Source: an uncultured Candidatus Saccharibacteria bacterium (lineage in GTDB: Bacteria > Patescibacteriota > Minisyncoccia > Phycocordibacterales > PALSA-1337). From it: DNA of 55,026 nucleotides. The translations under genes were made by a program, and so were the position numbers. Positions 1 to 8,293 of this stretch are shown here, one piece after another. Below the pieces are notes generated by a model. That model did not search any database, was not told the DNA's origin, and saw only the letters and a list, made by a program, of their open reading frames with translations. Location: contig CAZGUZ010000005.1 in assembly GCA_964529025.1 (NCBI GenBank), positions 18,129 through 73,154 of the forward strand, given 5' to 3'. Within the stretch, counting starts at the first letter, position 1; each line of letters opens with the position of its first letter.

Positions 1-38
1 TGGGGCAGCTATGGCTATCATTGAATTGGTGTAATTTT

Positions 39-383
39 ATGAAATTTACTATTGACGCAACAGGAAAAAAGCTCGGTCGTGTCGCAAGTGAAGCGGCAGT
101 ATATCTTCTTGGAAAGCATGCGCCTACATTCGCAAAGAATAAGGTTGCAGATGTTCATGTAGAGATTATCAATGCTTCTAAAGCAACTATCGACGAGAAG
201 AAGCAGGATACAAAAGAGTACATTACGTACACTGGATACCGAGGAGGTCTTAAGAATGAGACTCTTGGTCACCTTATTGGCCGCAAGGGCTATAAGGAAG
301 CCTTTACACGAGCTGTGTATCGAATGCTCCCAGGAAATACGCTACGGTCGAAGCGCATGAAGAATCTTAATGTAACTGAATAA
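39..383 (+). CDS. rplM: 50S ribosomal protein L13
   Basis: ORF 21..383. The translation MKFTIDATGKKLGRVASEAAVYLLGKH...GYRGG...RMLPGN is L13-like. Start set at the first ATG (39). rpsI follows 4 nt later, as in the conserved rplM-rpsI pair. Confidence 0.9.
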   Translation: MKFTIDATGKKLGRVASEAAVYLLGKHAPTFAKNKVADVHVEIINASKATIDEKKQDTKEYITYTGYRGGLKNETLGHLIGRKGYKEAFTRAVYRMLPGNTLRSKRMKNLNVTE

Positions 384-387
384 ATCT

Positions 388-783
388 ATGTCAGAGAAAT
401 ACATTGAAGCAATTGGACGACGAAAGACATCTTCTGCACGAGTACGAATTACTCCTGCAACAAAGACATCTTTCGAAGTTAATGGAAAAACTATCGAAGT
501 TTACTTTCCAACAAAGGAACTTCAGCACATTGTTACTCATGCTCCCGTAGCAGCAGGCATTGAACAAAAGTTCAAAGTTACTGTCGTAACAAAAGGTGGT
601 GGTCAGCATTCTCAAGCAGAAGCTGTACGACACGGTTATGCCCGAGCTCTTAATGAATACGACACAGAACTTCGTGGTAAACTCAAGAAAGCAGGGTATC
701 TTAAACGAGATCCTCGAGCTAAAGAGCGACGAAAGTTCGGTCTCAAGAAGGCTCGAAAGTCTCCTCAGTGGTCAAAGCGCTAG
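388..783 (+). CDS. rpsI: 30S ribosomal protein S9
   Basis: 131 aa. GRRKTSSARV near the N-terminus and the basic C-terminus ...RRKFGLKKARKSPQWSKR are typical of S9. Confidence 0.95.
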   Translation: MSEKYIEAIGRRKTSSARVRITPATKTSFEVNGKTIEVYFPTKELQHIVTHAPVAAGIEQKFKVTVVTKGGGQHSQAEAVRHGYARALNEYDTELRGKLKKAGYLKRDPRAKERRKFGLKKARKSPQWSKR

Positions 784-796
784 TAATAGCCTACAA

Positions 797-820
797 AAGC
801 ACCCGCAAGGGTGTTTTTTG
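797..820 (+). terminator. Intrinsic terminator after rpsI
   Basis: GCACCC-gcaa-GGGUG hairpin (799-813) followed by UUUUUU. Confidence 0.6.
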
Positions 821-868
821 TTGTAACTACACCATATTACTCAAGTTGCAGAGCCCATATAAAATCCG

Positions 869-874
869 TATACT
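869..874 (+). promoter_or_regulatory. -10 box (TATACT) 6 nt upstream of the grpE ATG; leaderless-type promoter
   Basis: TATACT-agttct-ATG(881). The same hexamer-N6-ATG layout recurs at about 15 genes in the window. Confidence 0.5.
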
Positions 875-880
875 AGTTCT

Positions 881-1474
881 ATGACTACCAACGAAAACAA
901 TGAGGATGTACAGTTTGTGCCGGAAACAGACTCAGATGCTCGCCGGGTGGGGAGCGATCTTGATGACTCTGTAATTGCCGAAGAAAGCTCGTCTGAAACC
1001 ATTAAAAAACTCCGTGCCGAGCTCAAAAAGGCTCAAGAAGAGAAGCAAGAATATCTTACTGGCTGGCAAAAAGCTAAAGCCGACTTTATTAATTCTCGCA
1101 AGCGCGATGAAGAAGCTCAAAAAGAGTTTACTAAGTATGCTAATGAGGGAATCATTAGCGACTTAGTAGCCACCATAGATAACTTTACTATGGCTTTTTC
1201 GAATAAAGAATCGTGGGAAAAAGTTGATAAAAACTGGCGAACAGGTGTTGAATACATTTATACAAACTTTGTAAAGACACTTGAGAACTATGGCCTTAAA
1301 GAAATCAATCCTCTGGGTGAAAAGTTTGACCCCCAGCGCGATGAGGCTGTATCGTACGAAAAGGTTACCGATCCCAATCAAGCCAATGCAGTTGTGCGGG
1401 TAATACAAAAGGGGTACTCACTCAATGGAAAGCAGCTCAAGGCTCCCAAAGTAGTTGTTGGTGAGCTTGCTTAG
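881..1474 (+). CDS. grpE: Nucleotide exchange factor GrpE
   Basis: 197 aa with an acidic N-terminus, a coiled-coil KKLRAELKKAQEEKQEYLTGWQKAKADFINSRKR and a GrpE-like C-terminal beta domain. Lies upstream of dnaK. Confidence 0.9.
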   Translation: MTTNENNEDVQFVPETDSDARRVGSDLDDSVIAEESSSETIKKLRAELKKAQEEKQEYLTGWQKAKADFINSRKRDEEAQKEFTKYANEGIISDLVATIDNFTMAFSNKESWEKVDKNWRTGVEYIYTNFVKTLENYGLKEINPLGEKFDPQRDEAVSYEKVTDPNQANAVVRVIQKGYSLNGKQLKAPKVVVGELA

Positions 1475-1505
1475 ACAGTCCTTTTTGTGGCATACTATAC
1501 ATATA

Positions 1506-1829
1506 ATGAATCTCCAAATCTCTCCAATTAAGGTTATTCCGAAGTACATAACGACTGCCGAAGGTCGTACAGTTTTGGCGTACTTTGTAATTGCAGAGAT
1601 TGCTGGTGAAATTCGAGTTAAAGTACTCTTTTCGGATCCAAGAACTAATTCTGCATCAAATAACCAGCCATTGTGCCTAGCAGGTGCTTGCACTTCTCCA
1701 TTCACTCTTGATGGTTCAAGTCCTTCATTAACTCGGACAATTAGTTTTGGCCCACTCGATGGTGCAATCTCTCCTTTTCAAGAACTCTTTTTTACAACCT
1801 GTCAGAAGACTCGCGGTCCAAACCTGTAA
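1506..1829 (+). CDS. Hypothetical protein (107 aa), family not recognised
   Basis: Longest co-directional ORF between grpE and dnaK. Start moved to the internal ATG at 1506, just past the grpE stop. An antisense ORF (1418..1705) competes with it. Confidence 0.35.
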   Translation: MNLQISPIKVIPKYITTAEGRTVLAYFVIAEIAGEIRVKVLFSDPRTNSASNNQPLCLAGACTSPFTLDGSSPSLTRTISFGPLDGAISPFQELFFTTCQKTRGPNL

Positions 1830-1874
1830 CTCATAGTGAATGTGATACTGTGGGTTAGCTCTTAATACATACTC

Positions 1875-2462
1875 ATGAATAAACAAAAGACTATTCTTCT
1901 AGGTACTGCACTTATAATCGCTGGAATCGGAATTGGAAGATTTGCTTCGACATATGATTTTTCTGTTCCTCAAGCAGCTTCCGAAAGAAACCTGGTAGTC
2001 GCAGTTTCTGACCTCAATAAGGAATGGGAGATATACACGAGTAAAAACTTTGGAGTTACATTCTATTATCCAAAAGATGCGCAGGTAACGGAGACCGGTG
2101 ACTCAATTAATGTTTCAAAACTTACAGGGGATCGCAATTTTAAACTCAAAATGTATTATTTATATAATACTGATATCCTCGATGCTTTCGAAACTAGCGC
2201 TCGAATGCTGGATATTAAGCGAATCAGCGATAATAAATTCATGATGGGATACCAGTCAGGCACAGCTGATGATATACAGCAGATGATTGCAGTAAAAAAC
2301 TTTCCAAATGACGTGGCCGACGACGGAAAGAAAAAGACCATTCTTAAAATCGACAGCGAAGAATGGACTCCTGATTATGTTTACGAAGCTAACCCCTCAA
2401 TAAACGTCACAAATGAAGGGTTACCTAAAATACTATTTGAAACCTTAGAATTTACTAACTAA
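1875..2462 (+). CDS. Hypothetical membrane-anchored or secreted protein
   Basis: 195 aa with an N-terminal hydrophobic segment (TILLGTALIIAGIGIGRFA). No recognisable domain. Inserted between grpE and dnaK. Confidence 0.6.
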   Translation: MNKQKTILLGTALIIAGIGIGRFASTYDFSVPQAASERNLVVAVSDLNKEWEIYTSKNFGVTFYYPKDAQVTETGDSINVSKLTGDRNFKLKMYYLYNTDILDAFETSARMLDIKRISDNKFMMGYQSGTADDIQQMIAVKNFPNDVADDGKKKTILKIDSEEWTPDYVYEANPSINVTNEGLPKILFETLEFTN

Positions 2463-2475
2463 TAATAAATAAACT

Positions 2476-4386
2476 ATGTCTAAAATAATTGGAATTGACC
2501 TTGGAACAACAAACTCAGCAGTTGCAGTAATGGAAGTGGGGAGTCCAAAAATTCTCGAAAATGCCGAAGGTGCACGAACAACGCCATCGATTCTTGCTCA
2601 ATCAAAAACAGGCGAAAGACTTGTAGGTCTTTTGGCTAAGCGACAAGGAGTAACAAACCCTAAGAACACTATTTATCAGGTTAAGCGCTTTATTGGCCAC
2701 AACTTTGATGAACCAAATGTTCAGAAAGATGTTAAGTCTGTACCTTTCGACATGCAGAAATCTGCAAATGGAGGTATCGAAATCAAGCTCGGCGACAAAA
2801 TGTACCGACCCGAAGAAATTTCGGCTATGATTCTTCAGAAACTTAAGGCTGATGCCGAAGCACGACTCGGAGAAACTATAACAGAAGCGGTAATTACTGT
2901 TCCTGCTTACTTTAACGATGCTCAGCGACAGGCAACAAAAGATGCTGGTAGAATTGCCGGCCTCGATGTAAAGCGTATTATTAACGAACCAACAGCTGCA
3001 GCTCTTGCATATGGTTTCAACAAGAATACCAATGAAAAGATTGCTGTATTCGACTTTGGAGGAGGAACATTCGATGTATCTATCCTTGAAGTAGGTGACG
3101 GAGTTGTTGAAGTTCGCTCAACAGATGGTGATGCCCACCTTGGAGGTAAGGATCTTGATCAGAAAATTATTAACTGGCTCGCCGAGGAATTCAAGCGCGA
3201 ATCAGGCATTGATGTTCGTGGCGACACTCTTGCTCTACAGCGACTCGATGAAGCTGCAGAAAAAGCAAAGATTGAGCTTTCAACAGCAGTACAGACCGAA
3301 GTAAATATTCCATTCATTACTTCTGATTCTTCTGGTCCACGACACCTCCTTATTACGATGACTCGAGCAAAGCTCGAAGAATTGTCACAAGAATTTATTG
3401 ACCGAGCAATGGTAATTACTAAGCGAGCACTCGAAGCTTCACCATTTAAGATCAATGAAATTAATGAGGTGATCCTTGTGGGTGGACAGACTCGAATGCC
3501 AGCTCTACAGAATGCGGTTAAAGCATACTTTGGCAAAGAACCACACATGGGAGTTAACCCCGATGAAGTAGTGGCAATTGGCGCTGCTATTCAAGGAGGA
3601 ATTCTAGCTGGTGATGTTAAGGATGTTCTTTTGCTCGATGTTATTCCACTATCACTTGGTATTGAAACTATGGGTGGAGTAGCTACACGACTCATTGAAA
3701 AGAATACAACAATTCCTACATCAAAATCACAGGTATTCTCGACAGCAGCAGATAATCAAACATCAGTGCAGATTCACATTGTTCAGGGTGAGCGAGCAAT
3801 GGCCAATGACAATAAATCTCTTGGTCAATTTATCCTCGATGGTATTCCACCAGCACCTCGCGGAGTTCCTCAAGTAGAAGTTACCTTCGATATCGATGCT
3901 AACGGAATTCTTAGCGTTTCGGCAAAAGATAAGGCAACAAATAAAGTAAACTCAATTAAGATCACAGCAAGTTCAGGTCTTTCAAAAGAAGAAATTGAAC
4001 GTATGAAGAAAGATGCCGAGGCTCATGGTGCAGAAGATACAAAGCGCAAAGAAGAAATCGAAGCTCGCAACACTGCAGAGCAGCTTGCATATTCTGCTGA
4101 AAAGTCTCTTAAAGAATCTAAGGACAAACTTCCTGCAGAGCTTGCTACATCAATTGAAACTAAGACAGCCGACCTACGAACAGCTCTCAAAGGAACTGAC
4201 ATTGAAGCTGTTAAAAAGGCTTCTGAAACTCTTTCAACTGAGCTTTCAAAAATGTGGGAAGCAATGAGTAAAGCTGGTGCACAACCAGGAGCAGGTGCGC
4301 AAGGTCAAGCTGGAGCACAGGGTTCATCAAACGATACAGGCACTGATGGAAACATCCGTGATGCCGAGTTCAAAGAAAATAAATAG
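2476..4386 (+). CDS. dnaK: Molecular chaperone DnaK (Hsp70)
   Basis: 636 aa with the Hsp70 signatures [20 protein letters not shown] and [11 protein letters not shown], plus a Gly/Gln/Ala-rich C-terminus. Confidence 0.98.
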   Translation: MSKIIGIDLGTTNSAVAVMEVGSPKILENAEGARTTPSILAQSKTGERLVGLLAKRQGVTNPKNTIYQVKRFIGHNFDEPNVQKDVKSVPFDMQKSANGGIEIKLGDKMYRPEEISAMILQKLKADAEARLGETITEAVITVPAYFNDAQRQATKDAGRIAGLDVKRIINEPTAAALAYGFNKNTNEKIAVFDFGGGTFDVSILEVGDGVVEVRSTDGDAHLGGKDLDQKIINWLAEEFKRESGIDVRGDTLALQRLDEAAEKAKIELSTAVQTEVNIPFITSDSSGPRHLLITMTRAKLEELSQEFIDRAMVITKRALEASPFKINEINEVILVGGQTRMPALQNAVKAYFGKEPHMGVNPDEVVAIGAAIQGGILAGDVKDVLLLDVIPLSLGIETMGGVATRLIEKNTTIPTSKSQVFSTAADNQTSVQIHIVQGERAMANDNKSLGQFILDGIPPAPRGVPQVEVTFDIDANGILSVSAKDKATNKVNSIKITASSGLSKEEIERMKKDAEAHGAEDTKRKEEIEARNTAEQLAYSAEKSLKESKDKLPAELATSIETKTADLRTALKGTDIEAVKKASETLSTELSKMWEAMSKAGAQPGAGAQGQAGAQGSSNDTGTDGNIRDAEFKENK

Positions 4387-4406
4387 CCTCATACGCTGTA
4401 ACTACA

Positions 4407-5282
4407 ATGGCCTCAAAAGATTATTATCAAGTTCTCGGAGTATCTAAAACTGCTTCAAGCGACGAAATTAAGTCGGCTTTTAGAAAGCTAGCACATCAGC
4501 ACCACCCCGATAAAGGTGGCGATGCGGCAAAGTTCAAAGAGATTAACGAAGCATATGGGGTACTTTCCGACACCGCTAAACGACAGCAGTACGATACGTA
4601 CGGCAGCTCTTTCGAGCAATACGGCGGAGCAGGGGGCTTTGGCGGACAAGGTTTTGGTGGCTTTAATTACAGCGACTTTGCTCGAGCAGCACAGCAGGGC
4701 GGAGCTTCATTTGAATTCGACCTTGGTGATATCTTCGGAGAGTTTTTTGGTGGTGGCGGTGGTCGTCGCCCTCGAAAAGGTCGCAATATATCTGTCGACA
4801 TTGAAATCACTTTCAAGGATTCTATCTTTGGAACAAACCGCGACATATCTATTGGTAAAGAAAAAATATCAGTAACTATTCCCTCTGGCATAGAAAGTGG
4901 CGAAGGCTTACGAGTTCCCGGCAAAGGTGAACAAGGTGAGGCTGGTCCCGGAGACTTAATTGTGCGAATCTGGGTACAAGAACATCCTCGCTTTAAAAAA
5001 CATGCCAGCTCTTTAGTAACCACTGCTCAAGTTAAGCTTTCTACAGCACTTGCAGGCGGCGACATTACCCTAGAAACACTTGAAGGTGAGCTTACCGTAA
5101 CAATTCCAAGCATGACTAAACATGGCGATGTTTTACGTGTTAAGGGTAAAGGCGTACCAATGACCGGCCATGGAGCAAATAAGCGTGGCGACTTGCTTAT
5201 TACCGTACTCTACGACCTACCTAAAAAGCTTTCTAAGAGTGCCCAAAAGCTCGTACAAAGCCTTAAAGAAGAAGGGCTATAA
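4407..5282 (+). CDS. J-domain co-chaperone, class II (DnaJ/CbpA-like) without the Cys-rich zinc-finger domain
   Basis: J domain DYYQVLGV...HHPDK, a Gly/Phe-rich linker and a DnaJ C-terminal beta domain. The 291 aa contain no cysteine, so there is no CxxCxGxG repeat. Confidence 0.9.
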   Translation: MASKDYYQVLGVSKTASSDEIKSAFRKLAHQHHPDKGGDAAKFKEINEAYGVLSDTAKRQQYDTYGSSFEQYGGAGGFGGQGFGGFNYSDFARAAQQGGASFEFDLGDIFGEFFGGGGGRRPRKGRNISVDIEITFKDSIFGTNRDISIGKEKISVTIPSGIESGEGLRVPGKGEQGEAGPGDLIVRIWVQEHPRFKKHASSLVTTAQVKLSTALAGGDITLETLEGELTVTIPSMTKHGDVLRVKGKGVPMTGHGANKRGDLLITVLYDLPKKLSKSAQKLVQSLKEEGL

Positions 5283-5344
5283 AAGGGAAACTAGGAACTG
5301 GAGGAGTACACACTAGAGCCTAGTCGAGCCTCAAATAATGCCTA

Positions 5345-5384
5345 AAATAGCGCTTGTTGTATAACTTGCGCTATTTTAGTTTTT
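5345..5384 (+). terminator. Terminator after the J-protein gene
   Basis: AAAUAGCGC (5345-5353) pairs with GCGCUAUUU (5368-5376), followed by UAGUUUUU. Confidence 0.5.
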
Positions 5385-5400
5385 GTGGTATTATTATTAG

Positions 5401-5644
5401 CAGTGAAAACATTCCTTGTAAGAAGTGTCCGGTTCCTGTTTATGGAGCCGGACATCTCGACGAACGTCATTCGACGTTCGCTGCAGCTGGAGGACAGGAA
5501 GATGGAATGGAAAATCTGCCCGATCAGGGTTGGATTTTGGGCCTATATTGGGGCCACATTTCTCATCCTTGGCCTCCTCCCTCACTTGATCGGCAAGTAG
5601 AGGGGGATTCAGGGGGCCGGCGCGTATGCGCGCCGGCCCTTTTT
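5401..5644 (+). ncRNA. Unclassified structured transcript unit (sRNA, or mRNA of a 32-aa hydrophobic peptide)
   Basis: Own extended -10 (TGgTATTAT, 5386-5394). Hairpins at 5427-5453 (10 bp), 5461-5480 (8 bp) and 5577-5606 (12 bp). Strong terminator at 5614-5644 (11 GC-rich bp plus U5). Contains a small ORF, 5502..5600. Confidence 0.35.
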
Positions 5645-5648
5645 GATG

Positions 5649-5654
5649 TATACT
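5649..5654 (+). promoter_or_regulatory. -10 box (TATACT) 6 nt upstream of the trpS ATG
   Basis: TATACT-atttac-ATG(5661). It lies downstream of the 5614-5644 terminator. Confidence 0.5.
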
Positions 5655-5660
5655 ATTTAC

Positions 5661-6608
5661 ATGAAAAAAGTACTACTCTCTGGAGTTAAACCAACTGGAC
5701 AACCGCACCTCGGAAACTACTTTGGAGCAATGAAACAATTTGTTGACCTTGGCATGAAGGATGAATACGAGACTTTTGTTATGCTTGCTGATCTTCATGC
5801 ACTTAATACGATCCATGACGGGGCTATGATGCGTGATTTAACTCACAGTCTCATCTTAGATTACCTTGCTATCGGTCTTGATCCAAAAAAGGTAACTTTC
5901 TTTAGGCAGTCACATGTTCCTGCACATACTGAACTTGCTTGGGTTTTTGGCACACTCACCACTATGCCTTTTCTTATGCGTGCCCATGCCTTTAAAGATG
6001 CCGAAGCAAAGAATAAAGAAATAAATGTTGGAACCTTTACCTATCCAGTTTTAATGGCAGCAGATATTCTTTTGTACAATGCCGATATTGTTCCTGTTGG
6101 CGCAGATCAAAAGCAACATATAGAAATAACTCGCGACTTGGCACTTAAGTTTAATTCTACCTACGGCGAAGTATTTAAATTACCCGAACCATATATTCGT
6201 GAAGATGTGGCAACCGTTCCAGGTACCGATGGTCAAAAGATGTCGAAGAGTTACAAGAACACAATTCCACTCTTTGGAACAAAGGCAGAAATCGAGCGAG
6301 CTGTTATGAGTATTGTCACCGACTCAAGTGGCGAAATTCCAAAGAATGTTTACGCCATTCATGCTTTACTCCGCTCAAAAGCCGAGCTTGATTCACTCTA
6401 TGCACAGCACAAAGGAAAGTATAAAGCTCTTAAGGATGCTTTACTTGCTGACATACTCGCCCTTATTGAACCTTTCCGCGAGCGCCGCGCATATTATGAA
6501 TCTCACCCCGAAATCGTCGCTAAAATTCTTGAAGAAGGGGAGTCTCATGCTCAAAAGGTAGCCTCTGATACGCTCAAAAAGGTGCGCAAAGCTATTGGTG
6601 TAGCCTAA
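5661..6608 (+). CDS. trpS: Tryptophan--tRNA ligase
   Basis: Class I aaRS motifs: GVKPTGQPHLGNYFGA (HIGH-type) and KMSKS (GQKMSKSY). Length and layout match TrpRS. Start set at ATG 5661 from the -10 spacing. Confidence 0.95.
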   Translation: MKKVLLSGVKPTGQPHLGNYFGAMKQFVDLGMKDEYETFVMLADLHALNTIHDGAMMRDLTHSLILDYLAIGLDPKKVTFFRQSHVPAHTELAWVFGTLTTMPFLMRAHAFKDAEAKNKEINVGTFTYPVLMAADILLYNADIVPVGADQKQHIEITRDLALKFNSTYGEVFKLPEPYIREDVATVPGTDGQKMSKSYKNTIPLFGTKAEIERAVMSIVTDSSGEIPKNVYAIHALLRSKAELDSLYAQHKGKYKALKDALLADILALIEPFRERRAYYESHPEIVAKILEEGESHAQKVASDTLKKVRKAIGVA

Positions 6609-6680
6609 GTTTCCCTTTTTCCTATAGCAACTCCTACGGTATTGCCTTTTTTGTACTAAGGTGTACCATATACTTAGCTT

Positions 6681-7007
6681 TCGTACTTTAGGGAACCGGC
6701 AGAGCCCCTCCTGACGCATGTATTTGCTTTTTGGTGAATGCGTGTGGGCCGGTTCCCGACTTAATTTTGGCACTCGAGCATTTTCAAATAAGGCTTGGCT
6801 AGTACAGTCGATTCAAGTGGAAAATGGTTGCTCGAGCGGTCAGCTGCATAGCTGATAAGTGCAATACTTTTTGCACTGAGGTTGAAAAACTTCACAACCT
6901 TCTGCCAAAACTGTGCGCATGCCTCATCCGCATATGCACAGGATCAGCCAAGACCCTCTTCGCTCGCGCTCACGAAATACACTAGAAACGCGAGGAGGGT
7001 CTTTTTC
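6681..7007 (+). ncRNA. Unclassified, highly structured non-coding unit (~330 nt)
   Basis: TATACT at 6669-6674 with no ATG following. Nested helices 6691-6700/6748-6757 and 6773-6780/6829-6836. Hairpins at 6841-6854, 6858-6877, 6879-6900 and 6912-6940. A 13-bp terminal helix 6951-6963/6990-7002 is followed by UUUU. Confidence 0.3.
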
Positions 7008-7042
7008 TATTCTTAATTCTGTGGCACTGGGTACAATTTCAT

Positions 7043-7423
7043 ATGATAGAATACGTACATACAATTGAGCAGAAACTAAATATGAATATTCAGCATAAGA
7101 ATGTTGCGTTTGGAGGGGTAGCGGGCAAGGGGAGACTCCCCTTCACAAATGCACGCAATTTAAAGAGTGGCCTAATTCGAACAATCGTAATTATCGTCAT
7201 TGGAATTCTTGTTCTCAGTTATTTTGGTTTCAACATTCGACAGATTGCTGAATCAAAAACATCTCGAGAAAACTTTTCATACGTACAAGAAAAAATGATT
7301 TATGTTTGGGATAATTTTCTTGAGACTCCAGCAACATTTGTTTGGGAAAGAATCATCATTGATCTGGGCTGGGAACCATTTCAAGCGGCTCTTAAGTATG
7401 CAGACAAAAATAGTAGACCTTAA
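7043..7423 (+). CDS. Hypothetical membrane protein
   Basis: 126 aa with one clear TM helix (IRTIVIIVIGILVLSYFGF). TACAAT (7032-7037) lies 5 nt upstream of the ATG. An alternative start is at 7082. Confidence 0.6.
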   Translation: MIEYVHTIEQKLNMNIQHKNVAFGGVAGKGRLPFTNARNLKSGLIRTIVIIVIGILVLSYFGFNIRQIAESKTSRENFSYVQEKMIYVWDNFLETPATFVWERIIIDLGWEPFQAALKYADKNSRP

Positions 7424-7467
7424 TAGGATCGAGGGCGTGCAATGGTTCAATAGAATAGACTGCGGAT

Positions 7468-7492
7468 AAATAGCCTCGACGGCTATTTTTCT
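7468..7492 (+). terminator. Intrinsic terminator
   Basis: AAAUAGCC-ucgac-GGCUAUUU followed by UUCU. Confidence 0.55.
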
Positions 7493-7789
7493 ATATGGAT
7501 ATCCAAAGGTACGAGAGCCCAAACCAATCCAACAATATATGTCCCAGCCTTAACCTTACGTATTATTATATATTAGTGTCGTAAAAGATATATTGTGCGA
7601 CATACATATATTAAACTGCGAGAAAACATTCGCCCAATAAATGAACTCTTCAGTAAATAAATTTGTGAAACTTTTGCTCCCTACCCTAAAGCTTACGGAT
7701 GATTAAAATTTATAACTTACTTAAGAGAACATTATTATTCTTCGCTATGTTATTTACGTATGCTTCTTTTCAAATATTTACAAAAAGAC

Positions 7790-8200
7790 AAAACCCGAGC
7801 AATGCTCGGGTTTGCTTGAATTTCTATTATCCTGCGTGCGTGTTGCTGGGCGAGACTAGCACATACAGCGCATGATCAGGATGATGCTTCTGGCCCGCGC
7901 TGGTGGCAGCAGCAGCATAAAGAGTCCGCTCGCGTAGGGATCAACCCGCACGGCGAGAGAAATTTGTCGAGGAATTGACTGAAACTCGCGGATGGGCCGT
8001 TGCCTCTGTGCAGTTTTTGAGAACCGAACAACACGACCTGCTGCTGTGTGTCGGTTTACTGCGTGCCCGCACCCCGTCTTCCAGACGTTGGTCGCATGAT
8101 TACTGCGGTAGCCACGTCGCCTAAACGATGTAGTCGGATAACGCCGGCGCTCTTCTTGGAGCGCCGACCCTTTTGTTTTAACACGTGAACTCATAGCTTC
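7790..8200. ncRNA. GC-rich structured island, unclassified RNA candidate; strand unresolved
   Basis: About 57% GC by hand count over 7861-8160, clearly above the flanks. Plus strand: TATTAT at 7825-7830 and a terminator at 8145-8179. Minus strand: TATACT at 8210-8205 and a terminator at 7813-7779. A 9-bp long-range pairing joins 7907-7915 and 8038-8046. The 124-aa minus-strand ORF here is Arg-rich with atypical GC3 codons. Confidence 0.3.
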
Positions 8201-8219
8201 AACTAGTATAACTCTCTTA

Positions 8220-8270
8220 TGTAAAAGCACAACCGCCTTGGTGGTTAGACCAAAGCGGTTGTGGGTTTTC
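8220..8270. terminator. Bidirectional hairpin terminator
   Basis: CACAACCGC (8228-8236) pairs with GCGGUUGUG (8255-8263), with an inner CUUGGU/ACCAA extension. U-runs are present on both strands. Confidence 0.55.
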
Positions 8271-8293
8271 TATATGTTTGTCTGCAATCGGTA

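Noticed and set aside
5401-5660. T-box or attenuator leader controlling trpS. The region is structured with a terminator just before the gene, AGUGA and UGG triplets are present, and AGGGGGCCGGCGCG loosely resembles the T-box AGGGUGGNACCGCG.
   Set aside because: The trpS -10 box (5649-5654) lies downstream of the terminator and 6 nt from the ATG, so trpS appears to have its own leaderless promoter. The T-box match is poor (about 9 of 13 positions), and I could not build a Stem I/specifier/antiterminator model.
7458-7510. DnaA-box-like sequences (TGCGGATAA and TATGGATAT) next to the AT-rich spacer, as a possible oriC.
   Set aside because: These are only one or two imperfect boxes, one of which overlaps a terminator stem. 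There is no dnaA or dnaN nearby and no cluster of boxes.
7881-7920. tmRNA tag-like reading frame ...CTG GTG GCA GCA GCA GCA TAA (LVAAAA-stop) in the GC-rich island.
   Set aside because: There is no tRNA-like domain: no GGGG 5' end, no GGUUCGAnUCC T-arm and no acceptor/ACCA 3' end on either strand. The Ala codons are part of a CAG/CTG repeat that also forms a long-range helix.
7790-8200. RNase P RNA call, based on AAAGAGUCCGCUCGCGUAGGG on the plus strand and AAAGGGUC/GACUCUUU pairing with GUAA loops on the minus strand.
   Set aside because: The canonical CR-I (GAGGAAAGUCCGGGC) and CR-V (ACAGAA..GGCUUA) motifs are absent. No P1-P3 can be drawn, and the order and spacing of the look-alike motifs do not fit type A or type B. 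It is left as unclassified.
7856-8230. The 124-aa minus-strand ORF as a protein-coding gene.
   Set aside because: It is extremely Arg-rich, its GC3-heavy codon usage is unlike every confident gene in the window, and the region is full of stable helices. It is kept only as an alternative reading, because TATACT lies 10 nt upstream of an internal ATG (8194).
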